This document shows positions 11,767-21,351 of a stretch of 64,000 bases of DNA, in pieces. The translations under genes were made by a program, and so were the position numbers. The notes under the pieces are model-generated. The model saw only the letters and a program-made list of their open reading frames with translations, was not told the DNA's origin and ran no database searches. Origin of the DNA: Perkinsela sp. CCAP 1560/9 (Eukaryota > Protista > Euglenozoa: Kinetoplastea). Location of the stretch: assembly GCA_965644495.1 (NCBI GenBank), contig CBFFSA010000043.1, positions 1-64,000 of the forward strand, read 5' to 3'. Position 1 is the first letter of the stretch. Each line of letters starts with the position of its first letter.

Positions 11767-14700
11767 CTTTAACGATAAAGATACAGTTTCTGTACCTTGT
11801 TGATTTCTTTTCCCTTTATATCATCCTTACGCCCTATGGTGACAACCCGGTCCAAAGCTAAGCAGGGTACCGACTTCCAGCACGAAGTTAGCGCGCACAA
11901 ACTTGGCTCTTGGGATCAATTTGAAGCCAATAAAGATCTAGTCGAAGGGGTGAGTACATTCGAGGAGAGTCTTTATACCACGCCACTTCCACCTGATCCC
12001 TCATCTGAATTATTGGAGCGCGCTGACAAGATTGCCTGCGACATTAAGAACTCTACAGAAGGCGAAACGCCAGACACAGGACACCAGAATGCTACCACCG
12101 AAGAAGAACTGTTCTCCAGTGTCCGCCCGACGGAAAGCCTCGAGTTCCAATTCGAAGGAGCCAATTCCTCTTCACTCAGCCAATTAAAGTCCTCTAGCAA
12201 GGCTGTGAAGGAGAAGTACGAGCGCCATAACCGCAGGGTAGGCTGTGCCGAATATGACTATGCTGATAACAGGCTAGTTTTTCCTGATCTCACGCCTCCT
12301 GATCTTCGCTTCTCAGTAAAGGGTAGCAGTAAAGGCCGTAAAAAGAAGAAACGCCCGAAGGGCATCAATCTTTCTCAGCTGGATGCAGTGTCCGGGGCCG
12401 ACAGCGAGGAACGCGACAATATAGAGTCCAGCGCGAATTCACCCGGGCCACGCACTCATGCCACCGGAGTCATGGACAGCCCGTCTATCAAATTGTCCCA
12501 AAAGGAACAGAACACTAACACCCCCACGGGTAAGCGTAAACGTCACGTGCAGGTGTCGAAACCAGGGCCACGCGATTCCTCAGATACCGAAAGGCTCAAT
12601 CAACCCCCCAATACCACTCCAGAAAAGCCACCTACAGTCAATGGAAACACGCGGAAATGTCCTTCTCAGGGATGTGCATGGCAAACTGTGCCTCACGGGG
12701 GCCAATGGCAATCCTTTTATAACCACGCATCCCACAGACACGGGGACGAGGTGCCTGATACCTGGTGGAACGAGGAGGGACGTTTCCGATGCAGGGATTG
12801 CAACAGGCACTACAACCTAAGCAAACAGGTCACCCATGCCGAAAACTGCGCTTTCCGCTGCTCTTCTCCCCCACCTATCTCCGAACCTACACAGACAGGG
12901 GGCGACCCGAGGGACAACCCTGCATTTTTTGCCGCACAAGCCGTCGCCGAACCCCTTCCCTCCCTGGCGTCAATCTGTTCGACACCTCTCAACACATGCA
13001 AAGACATTCCCAACAGCTGTCGCCAGGGGTGGGCGAAAGTCTTCTGTGAGTGTCTCTCTTCCGCTGTACGAGACAATACAGTTGAGGCCTGGACTCTTCT
13101 CGCCATGCTACCGAAATGCGTACTACCGGCACCTCATCGTGGGGGGAGCAGGGCAAAACTATCGTACGCCTCGCACGTTCGGAAGTGTCTCGCCCGGTGG
13201 TCACGGAAAGAATTTCTCCCCCTTTGGAACGAAACAATTGCGAGCCTACAACACAAAAAACGCGTCGCACAAGCACAGAGTCCGGAGGACGAGATAACCA
13301 AATCTGCTATGCGAGCTGAAAGACTCGTTCGCGACTCGGAACTATCTCGAGCTATGGCTGCCCTAACCTCTGAACCAGTAGCCCCGTATGACGATGATAC
13401 TTACACTAAACTCCAAGCTAAGCATCCATCCCGACTCGCTACGTCGGTGAAACCCCTCAGTTCTTCGACGGAAATGGGACCAAAACCACTTCGAGCCACA
13501 GAGGAAGACGTAACGCAGGCTCTTGCAACTTTTCACCGGGGGTCATCGGGTGGCGCTTTTGGGCTACGCCCTGAACACGTACAAGTGGCACTAGAGTACC
13601 ACCATGACGGCCGTACGGATCCATTGGGTACACTGACCGACTTTACGAACCACATGCTCGCGGGGCAAGTGCCGCTCGAAGTTCAGTGCTATTTCGCTGG
13701 AGGCCGCTTATGCGCGTTAAAGAAAGGGGAGCGCGACGTGCGGCCAATAGCGGCCGGAGAGACGCTCCGTCGCCTGGTGAGCAAAGTCGCCTGTCTCTCC
13801 GCCAAAACAACAGCTCGTAAGCTCTTCAAAGGACACCAATACGGTGTGGCCACTCCAGCAGGGTCTGAGCGCGTCATCCATCGATGCAGACAGACATTCG
13901 ATTCTCACGTTGATGACAATGACTTCATTCTATGCAAAATTGACCTGAAAAACGCATTTAACCATGTCTCACGGGACTGGATCATTGCCCTTACTCGCGA
14001 ACACTTTCCCGCTCTCAGTCACTACGTAGATTGGTGTTACTCTTCGGACAGCCTACTTACTTTCGGAACACGCACCATTCCGTCTTCTGAAGGAGTGCAA
14101 CAAGGCGACCCCTTAGGTCCTCTCCTTTTTTCCCTGGTTCTGAGAGAAGTAGCGGCGGAAATTCACGCAGTAGCCCCAATGCTCGATTTGAATCTGTGGT
14201 ATCTGGACGACGGGGTGCTGGCTGGATCATCTGCTGATGTGCGGCACGCATTCGACGTGCTGGAAATCAAAGGACCACAACGGGGACTCCATATCAACGC
14301 CGCTAAATGTGAACTCGCCTTACACCCCTCATCATCTCCTCGCGCCTCCGTTTTCCCTGACATCCCTGGCCCGAATAAAAATTTAGAGGGTAATTTCAAC
14401 ATTTTAGGTAGCCCAGTCGGATCCACTGAATACTGTCATAAATTCCATTTGGACAATGCCTTCGAACTGGCCCAAGATTCCCTAACCGCTATAACTTTGC
14501 TCGAGGATCCCCAGATCGCTCTCTCCCTCATCCGGCATTGTACAGGCTTCTGCAAGATGGTCTACTCTCTCCGTACCACCCCGACATCTGCACTGCAAGA
14601 TATTTGTCGACGCCTGGACGACACTGTTCAGTCCACTCTCGAAAACTTTTTCCACCCACTTGGCGATGACGCCCGGCGACAGACACAACGAGACAAGCGC

Positions 14701-16141
14701 TTCGGAGGGCTAGGGCTCCGTTCAGCAGAGGAACATTCCTCTTCTGCTTACGTGGCCTCCGTGGCATTCGCATCAAGGAAGGATGGCTGGGCCCCCACCG
14801 AAGCGAAAGGTTTCGAAGAAGCAGTGAGCGATGTCAACAATCGCGCTGGACTAAATCTGGTAGACGGCGAAAATGGCACAATACCCAAGAGCATGGTTGT
14901 GTCAGATCGTTCCCTCTTTAGTACTATCGAAGCGAGCGAATCTAGAAATGAAGCGGTAGTTCCCAGACAACGGGATCTCAGTCACTCGATCTCTTCCCAG
15001 GAATACAACAACGCGCTTAATACCGCTGACCCGCGGACGAGGGCCCGATGGATCTCTGAAACGGGGGAAGGAGCGTCGGAGTGGGCATTTGTTTTGCCTT
15101 CCAAGAAGAACGGTCACGCATATACCCCGACAGAGTTCCGGATGCTGGTACGCTGGTGGCTTGGGGAGAACATATACCCCGGCACCCGACCTTGCCCCAT
15201 GGACAAATGCACGCAGCCGCTTGGTCCAGAGGGGGATCACGCGATGTCGTGCAAAAGCGGGCATGGTATCATTTCCCGACACAATGCTCTGGCAACACAG
15301 TTTGCGGCGGAGTGTTCCAAGGCCGGGCTCGCCCCCAAACGAGAGGTCAGCCTGGGAAACAAGGGTCCGGGGGGCACCCTCACTAGGCCTGCAGATGTCT
15401 TTATAGACAGCCACCTCGGTCGGTCCCTTGTACTCGACTTCGCTGTCACCCATGTCCAGCAACAAAAGTATACGGACACAGTCCGTGACGCTAACTGGGT
15501 GACGGCGGGGTCGTTCGCGGAACAATATGCCACCGTGAACAAGAGCATGCAACGCGCAGAGGCGACTGCAGCACACTTTAAGTTCGGAGCTATGGTCGTA
15601 GAATCCTACGGCTCGTGGTGTCCCAGCGCAATGTCTGTTCTCCGAGAGGTCGCAGTAGCTAGGGCGGCTAAATCGGGCAGTGACATATCGAAGGGGGCGG
15701 CCTTACATCAGATTCTCACAGCTCTGAATGTAACACTGATGAGGTCGCAGGCCCGAATGCTAGTCTTGCGATTACCCGCAACGGGCCCCGACCTGGCTCT
15801 CCTGGGGTACGGGAAGGAAGAGTAGCAAGCGGCCAAGAGGTGGAAAACCTCGTGGGCAAGGGTGGGGCGGTAAGTGTCGTGGTTGCTTTGCTTGGTTCCT
15901 GGTTCTGCAGGGGGGTTGTGGCCAGCGTCGGACGGTCCTGCGGGCAATAAGGTCCGGGGTAGTGAGAGAGGTGGCAGGTTGAGGTTTGCTCGTTTCGGGT
16001 TTGCTTGGGCATAGATTGCTTGTTTTTATTGTTATTGTTTTTATTGTTCTTATACTTACGGGAGATCGAATTGCTAGTTTTGGGCTCCAAAATATGAAAT
16101 TGCTAATTTGATTGCTTGTTAAAAAAAAAAAAAAAAAAAAA
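11767..16141 (+). mobile_element. Full-length, apparently intact SL-headed CRE family-2 retrotransposon
   Basis: SL at 11767-11802, uninterrupted ORF, poly(A) at 16121-16141. Confidence 0.93.
11836..15825 (+). CDS. CRE family-2 polyprotein, 1329 aa: LsmAD-like domain, C2H2 and C2HC fingers, RT, RLE
   Basis: First ATG after the SL (MVTTRSKAK). Motifs: CPSQGC..HASHRH, CRDC..H...C, YLDD, CPMDKC..HAMSC..RHN..RPAD. Confidence 0.95.
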   Translation: MVTTRSKAKQGTDFQHEVSAHKLGSWDQFEANKDLVEGVSTFEESLYTTPLPPDPSSELLERADKIACDIKNSTEGETPDTGHQNATTEEELFSSVRPTESLEFQFEGANSSSLSQLKSSSKAVKEKYERHNRRVGCAEYDYADNRLVFPDLTPPDLRFSVKGSSKGRKKKKRPKGINLSQLDAVSGADSEERDNIESSANSPGPRTHATGVMDSPSIKLSQKEQNTNTPTGKRKRHVQVSKPGPRDSSDTERLNQPPNTTPEKPPTVNGNTRKCPSQGCAWQTVPHGGQWQSFYNHASHRHGDEVPDTWWNEEGRFRCRDCNRHYNLSKQVTHAENCAFRCSSPPPISEPTQTGGDPRDNPAFFAAQAVAEPLPSLASICSTPLNTCKDIPNSCRQGWAKVFCECLSSAVRDNTVEAWTLLAMLPKCVLPAPHRGGSRAKLSYASHVRKCLARWSRKEFLPLWNETIASLQHKKRVAQAQSPEDEITKSAMRAERLVRDSELSRAMAALTSEPVAPYDDDTYTKLQAKHPSRLATSVKPLSSSTEMGPKPLRATEEDVTQALATFHRGSSGGAFGLRPEHVQVALEYHHDGRTDPLGTLTDFTNHMLAGQVPLEVQCYFAGGRLCALKKGERDVRPIAAGETLRRLVSKVACLSAKTTARKLFKGHQYGVATPAGSERVIHRCRQTFDSHVDDNDFILCKIDLKNAFNHVSRDWIIALTREHFPALSHYVDWCYSSDSLLTFGTRTIPSSEGVQQGDPLGPLLFSLVLREVAAEIHAVAPMLDLNLWYLDDGVLAGSSADVRHAFDVLEIKGPQRGLHINAAKCELALHPSSSPRASVFPDIPGPNKNLEGNFNILGSPVGSTEYCHKFHLDNAFELAQDSLTAITLLEDPQIALSLIRHCTGFCKMVYSLRTTPTSALQDICRRLDDTVQSTLENFFHPLGDDARRQTQRDKRFGGLGLRSAEEHSSSAYVASVAFASRKDGWAPTEAKGFEEAVSDVNNRAGLNLVDGENGTIPKSMVVSDRSLFSTIEASESRNEAVVPRQRDLSHSISSQEYNNALNTADPRTRARWISETGEGASEWAFVLPSKKNGHAYTPTEFRMLVRWWLGENIYPGTRPCPMDKCTQPLGPEGDHAMSCKSGHGIISRHNALATQFAAECSKAGLAPKREVSLGNKGPGGTLTRPADVFIDSHLGRSLVLDFAVTHVQQQKYTDTVRDANWVTAGSFAEQYATVNKSMQRAEATAAHFKFGAMVVESYGSWCPSAMSVLREVAVARAAKSGSDISKGAALHQILTALNVTLMRSQARMLVLRLPATGPDLALLGYGKEE

Positions 16142-16167
16142 GCGGACGGGATCCTGGGGTTTGGAGG

Positions 16168-16198
<31 letters not shown>

Positions 16199-16202
<4 letters not shown>

Positions 16203-17553
16203 CCGGTGGGTTTCGGGCCCGGTGGGTTTCACAATCGGGAAGAGGAGCAGGAAACTGGGCCTTCGTAGTACCCTCAAAGAGCAGAGGTTACGCTTTTACT
16301 AAAACTGAGTTCAGGACTCTTTCGCGTTGGTGGCTTGGAATGGACGTCTTCCCGGAAGATCGAACATGCCCAGCAGAAGGCTGCACCCTCCCATTGCTAA
16401 AGAATGGAGAGCACGCCATACTATGTAAAAACGGACACGGTTTGATATCCCGCCACAACGCCCTGGCACATCAGTTCACTTCTTTCTGCAGCAAGGCCTT
16501 TCTTCAACCACAGAGAGAAAAGAGTCTGGGAAACCGAGGCCCAGGTGGCGCTCTCACTAGACCCGCGGACGTTTTTCTTCCTACTGGCTCTCTGGAAAAG
16601 GGAGTTCTGGCGCAAGGAATGGTATTAGATTTTGCAGTCACACATGCACAGCAAATGAAGTATTTGGACCTAGTCCGTACTGCTAGCTGGGTGACACCAG
16701 GATCTTTTGCCGGACAGTACGCCGAGACGAAGGCGAGGCAGCGACAAGAAGCGGAAGATGCGGGACACCTTTTCGAAGCTATGGTCGTCGAATCCTTTGG
16801 CTCTTGGAGCGAAAGCGCGCTCTCGGTTCTCCGTAATATCGGAGCACAACGGGCTAATGCGTCAAAAGAGCTTCTCTCATGGAGCCAAGCGCGAAATGAC
16901 CTCCTAACGGAGCTCAACATTTCCCTGATGCGTTCCCAAGCCAGAATGATGGTTTCACGCATCTGCGTGCCGGATCCCACGGAACCTATGGTAGTGACAT
17001 AGGTCGTGGGCACACAAACTGCCGGTCCGGATGCCGGTCGATGCCGACAGGGTCTACGCTCACGCCTAGTCCGCCAGGTCTAGGTACTCCAAGTGAGGTA
17101 GGACAAGGGCTGGGAACTTTGTTCCCTCCCCGTCGGCCAGCATCATGCTCCGCGACCGTGCCGCTGTCGGCACAGGCCCATTGCTTGCGCCCTCTCGTAC
17201 AACAAGAGAAGGGTTAACAAGGCAAGCTGGGAGAGGTCGAAAGACCCGGTCCGGAACGCGCGAATGGTTAGGGGAAAGTCTGCCCCTCCTAGCAGAGGGA
17301 GACCTTACCCTCCCTGGAAAGCTGGAAAGATTCGTAAGGGGAAGTGGGTAAGATGGGAAAGCATGCATTTACTAGTTTTATATTTTGCTCGTTTTCAAAA
17401 TGGGGGGAAGTTAGGGAAAGAAGTTGAGCAAGCAGGAAAGTAAGTGAGAAAGTCATAAAAAAAAGTATATTATAAGAGTTTACGAAAAGAATTTTAATAT
17501 TTTTATCGTCGGTGTTCATACTTCTAATCGTTCAAAAAAAAAAAAAAAAAAAA
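16199..17553 (+). mobile_element. 5'-truncated CRE family-2 copy (RLE domain ending at 17002, structured 3' UTR, A-tail)
   Basis: RARWVSQ...RHNAL...RPAD...LDFAVTH, immediately after a poly(A). Confidence 0.9.
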
Positions 17554-17556
17554 AAC

Positions 17557-17949
17557 TGTTTCGCGACCGTGTCGCTGTCGACACAGGCCCGCGCCTGCGC
17601 CCTCCCATATAGCAAGGGAAGGGTTCACAAGTCAGGCCGTGGAGTGGTCGAAAGACCCGGTCCGGAACGCGCGAATGGATTGGGTCTGTATTGCTTGTTT
17701 TAGTTTTTACAGTTTCTTGTTTGTAGTATATACTTAGGGGAGATTAAATTGCTAGTTTTGGGCTGAGAAAAAACAAAAGGTACATCTGTGGAAACAAAAA
17801 GAATTGCTAATTTGATTGCTTGTTTTCAACTCGTATACCCCCCCAATGGACCTACTTGGTTCGTCTACTGGGTCAAAATATAGAGGCAATGCCGCGATTC
17901 ATACTTTTCCCCCCTTATTAACTGCAAAAAAAAAAAAAAAAAGAAAAAA
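17557..17949 (+). mobile_element. 3'-UTR-only retroposed fragment of CRE family 2
   Basis: Near-identical to 20430-20824; A-runs on both sides. Confidence 0.8.
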
Positions 17950-17958
17950 GCTAGTCGC

Positions 17959-19947
17959 TTGTTTAAAGGAATACAGTATGGGGTTGCCACGCCAGCCGGA
18001 TCGGAGAGGGTGATCCACCTCTGCCGACAGACTATGTCCCGCCATGCCGATGACACGAACTTTGTGCTATGTAAGGTGGACCTAGCGAACGCGTTCAATA
18101 GAGTATCCAGATCTGCGTTCATCGCCTTACTTCGCAAACATTTTCCAGAATTGTCAGCATGGGTGGAGTGGACCTACTCCACGGATAGTCTCCTAACTTA
18201 CGGTTCCAGAACTCTTCCATCATCCGAGGGGGTTCAACAAGGGGACCCCCTAGGGCCTCTCCTTTTTTCCCTCGTAATGCTCGAAGCCGCGAAAATGATC
18301 AAAGAAGCACTCCCAGGCAGTCTCCAGCTTCACCTCTGGTACCTCGACGACGGGGTAATAGCCGGTAAGGCCGAAGACGTCAGTTTCGCTTTAGAGACTC
18401 TTTCTCGAGTTGGTCCTAAGTGGGGTCTTCACATCAATACCTCTAAATGCGAAATAATAACGAACCCTGCCTCGGCACACCAAACTGCTCTTTTTTCCGA
18501 TATTCCGGAACCCAAGATAAACCGCGAAGGAAATTTTGACATTCTTGGGAGCCCCATAGGCTCTGCTCAACATTGCATAGATTTCCTTACGACACACGCC
18601 GTGGAACCGGCAGAAGAGACCCTGGAAGCTATAGAAATGCTCGAAGATCCTCAAATTGCCTTGTCATTGATCAGACAGTGTGCGGGTTTTTGTCAAATGG
18701 TCCATTCGCTTCGAACTACCCCACCACATGAGCTTTCTGCACTCTGTCAGCGCCTTGATGAAGCAGTCCTCCATGCGTATGAATGGAATATATGCCCGCT
18801 TAGCTCCTCAGCTCGATCACAAGTTCAACGCCCGAAACGGTATGGAGGTTTTGGTCTCCGATCTGCATCTGCGCACCGCTCAGCGGCGTACGTGTCTTCA
18901 GTTGCTTTTGCTGCAGAGACGGATCGTTGGCTACCGTCAGATGCAGAAGGATTCTCTTCCGCAGTCCTGGACATCAATCGCCGGAGCGGAGGCCCCGTAG
19001 TTGATCCGGACACGGGAAGAGCATTAGAGGAGATCAGCTCCCCTTTTCCGACAGGATCTAGTCAAAGTACAGAAACGGACAATTCTTGCACCCCCCGTCA
19101 ACGTGCCTTGAGCGACGCAATCTCGGCGCACGAATTTTCATGTGCGTACGCAGCGGCAGACAGTAGCACTCGCGCGAGGTACACCTCTCAGACTGGAGAT
19201 GGGGCCAGCAGCTGGGCATTTTGCATCCCATCAACAGAGCTTGGCCACGCTTACACACCCACAGAATTCCGCGCCCTCTCCAGGTGGTGGTTAGGTGCCA
19301 AGGTCTACAACGAGTTGAGCACGTGCCCAATTAACACATGCCAACAACCTCTCGACCTCGAAGGAAACCATGCAGTGTCTTGCAAAAGTGGGAATGGACT
19401 GATCTCCCGCCACAATGCGCTCATTACACAATTCACCGACACGTGCTCCAAGGCGAATTTATCACCTTCACGTGAGGTAAGCCTGGGGAACCTAGGGCCT
19501 GGCGGCTGTCCCACGAGGCCGGGCGATGTCTTTATTCCGGGCTATGAGAAAGCTCAAGGTCTGGTGCTTGATTTTGCTGTCACCCACGTTCAGCAACCTA
19601 AATACACGGACTTAGTCCGCAACGCTAACGGGGTGGCGGCAGGATCATTTGCGGAGCACTACGCCGCTTCTCACAAGGTGAAAGAGAGAGAGGAGGCGGA
19701 ACAAGCAAAACATGTGTTTGTTGCCATGGTGGTAGAATCATATGGTGCTTGGAGTGCAAGTGCCCTATCAATCCTTAGATGGGTTGGGAAGCATCGCGCC
19801 TCATGTTCCCAGGGGACTCTATCTCAAGAAGCAGCTACCCGTCAGCTGCTTCAAGAGCTTAACCTCACCCTGATGCGTTCTCAATCGAGAATGCTTGTCT
19901 CACGCATGCCGGCTGAAGATCCACAACCGGCACTTATTTTGCAGTAG
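17959..19947 (+). pseudogene. 5'-truncated CRE family-2 RT-RLE (element extends to the poly(A) near 20419)
   Basis: QYGVATP, DLANAFN, QQGDPLGP, YLDD and RLE motifs. Confidence 0.92.
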
Positions 19948-20429
19948 CCTAAACCAAGGCTCGCGGATCCCGGCATGTTCGAAGGCTGAGGGTGCTGGTC
20001 TCGTCGACAGAGTCTATACTCACGCCTAGTCCGTCAGGGCTAGGTACCCCAAGTGAGGTAGTACACGGGTAGTGAATCTCCTCCCCGTCGGCCAGCATCC
20101 TGTTTCGCGACCGTGTCGCTGTCGACACAGGCCCGCGCCTGCGCCCTCCCGTATAACAAGGGAAGGGTCCACAAGTCAGGCCGTGGAGAGGTCGAAAGAC
20201 CCGGTCCGGAACGCGCGAATGGTTGAGGAGCCGCCTGCAGGCCGGGTGAGGCGAAGCTGAGGGTGACCTTACCCCCCCTGAAAAGTTGAAAAGTTGGGTA
20301 GGGGAAAGCAGGAAAGTAGGGAGAAAGGTGGGAAAAGTATGTCAAGAGGTGAGAAAGAGGAGAAAGAGAGAGAAAAATTTTCTTTATTTGCATAAAAACA
20401 AAAAAAAAAAAAAAAAAAACTTTTTTTCG

Positions 20430-20824
20430 CGTTTCGCGACCGTGTCGCTGTCGACACAGGCCCGCGCCTGCGCCCTCCCATATAGCAAGGGAAGGGTTCA
20501 CAAGTCAGGCCGTGGAGTGGTCGAAAGACCCGGTCCGGAACGCGCGAATGGATTGGGTCTGTATTGCTTGTTTTAGTTTTTACTGTTTCTTGTTTGTAGT
20601 ATATACTTAGGGGAGATTAAATTGCTAGTTTTGGGCTGAGAAAAAACAAAAGGTACATCTGTGGAAACAAAAAGAATTGCTAATTTGATTGCTTGTTTTC
20701 AACTCGTATACCCCCCCCAATGGACCTACTTGGTTCGTCTACTGGGTCAAAATATAGAGGCAATGCCGCGATTCATACTTCTCCCCCCTTATTAACTGCA
20801 AAAAAAAAAAAAAAAAAAAAAAAA
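20430..20824 (+). mobile_element. 3'-UTR-only retroposed fragment of CRE family 2
   Basis: Duplicate of 17557-17949 with poly(A). Confidence 0.8.
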
Positions 20825-21315
20825 CTTTAACGATAAAGATACAGTTTCTGTACCTTGTTGTACCTTGTTGTTTTCTTCCATACACCATCTTCCAGACCAT
20901 GGGAGGGCACCCCCCTCAAATACACTCCTTTTTGTCGGCATCCCCCTTCCCCGTCTCGTCCCATCACCCCCCTGCGCCGCATCCCCCCACCTCACCCTCC
21001 CTCCGCAGTGCGCTTGCCCCCCTGTTGTGTTTCTCTCTCGCGTCCCCCACCCCCGTGTCAGCAGCCAAAAGTATACAATACTTGCTCACGGGGTGGGGGC
21101 AGAGTTCCTGGCAGATGGGCCCGTGCTTCGCCTCCTCTCGCCCCTGCGTCAGTCGCCCCGTGTCTCTCTCCGCGCTCTTCTCCCTCGGCGTGACGACGTC
21201 TTTGTGTTTCGTGGCCTCCACGTCTCCCACCCTCGTACGGCAACCAAAAGTATTTATTACTGCTAACGGGGTGGGAGCGGAGGTGCAGGACCATACGGGC
21301 CTGGGTGCATACGGG
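20825..21315 (+). mobile_element. SL-headed SINE-like copy 2, 3'-truncated and fused to the next CRE
   Basis: SL at 20825-20860 plus a repeated TACCTTGTTG; body matches 6800-7240. Confidence 0.85.
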
Positions 21316-21351
21316 CCTTGTTGCTTTATTTTCTATTACTTTCTCACTTTC

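Noticed and set aside
17255-17270. HDV-like ribozyme suggested by GCGAAUGG and an upstream CCUCCCCG
   Set aside because: I could not assemble the nested double pseudoknot; these bases fit other stems.
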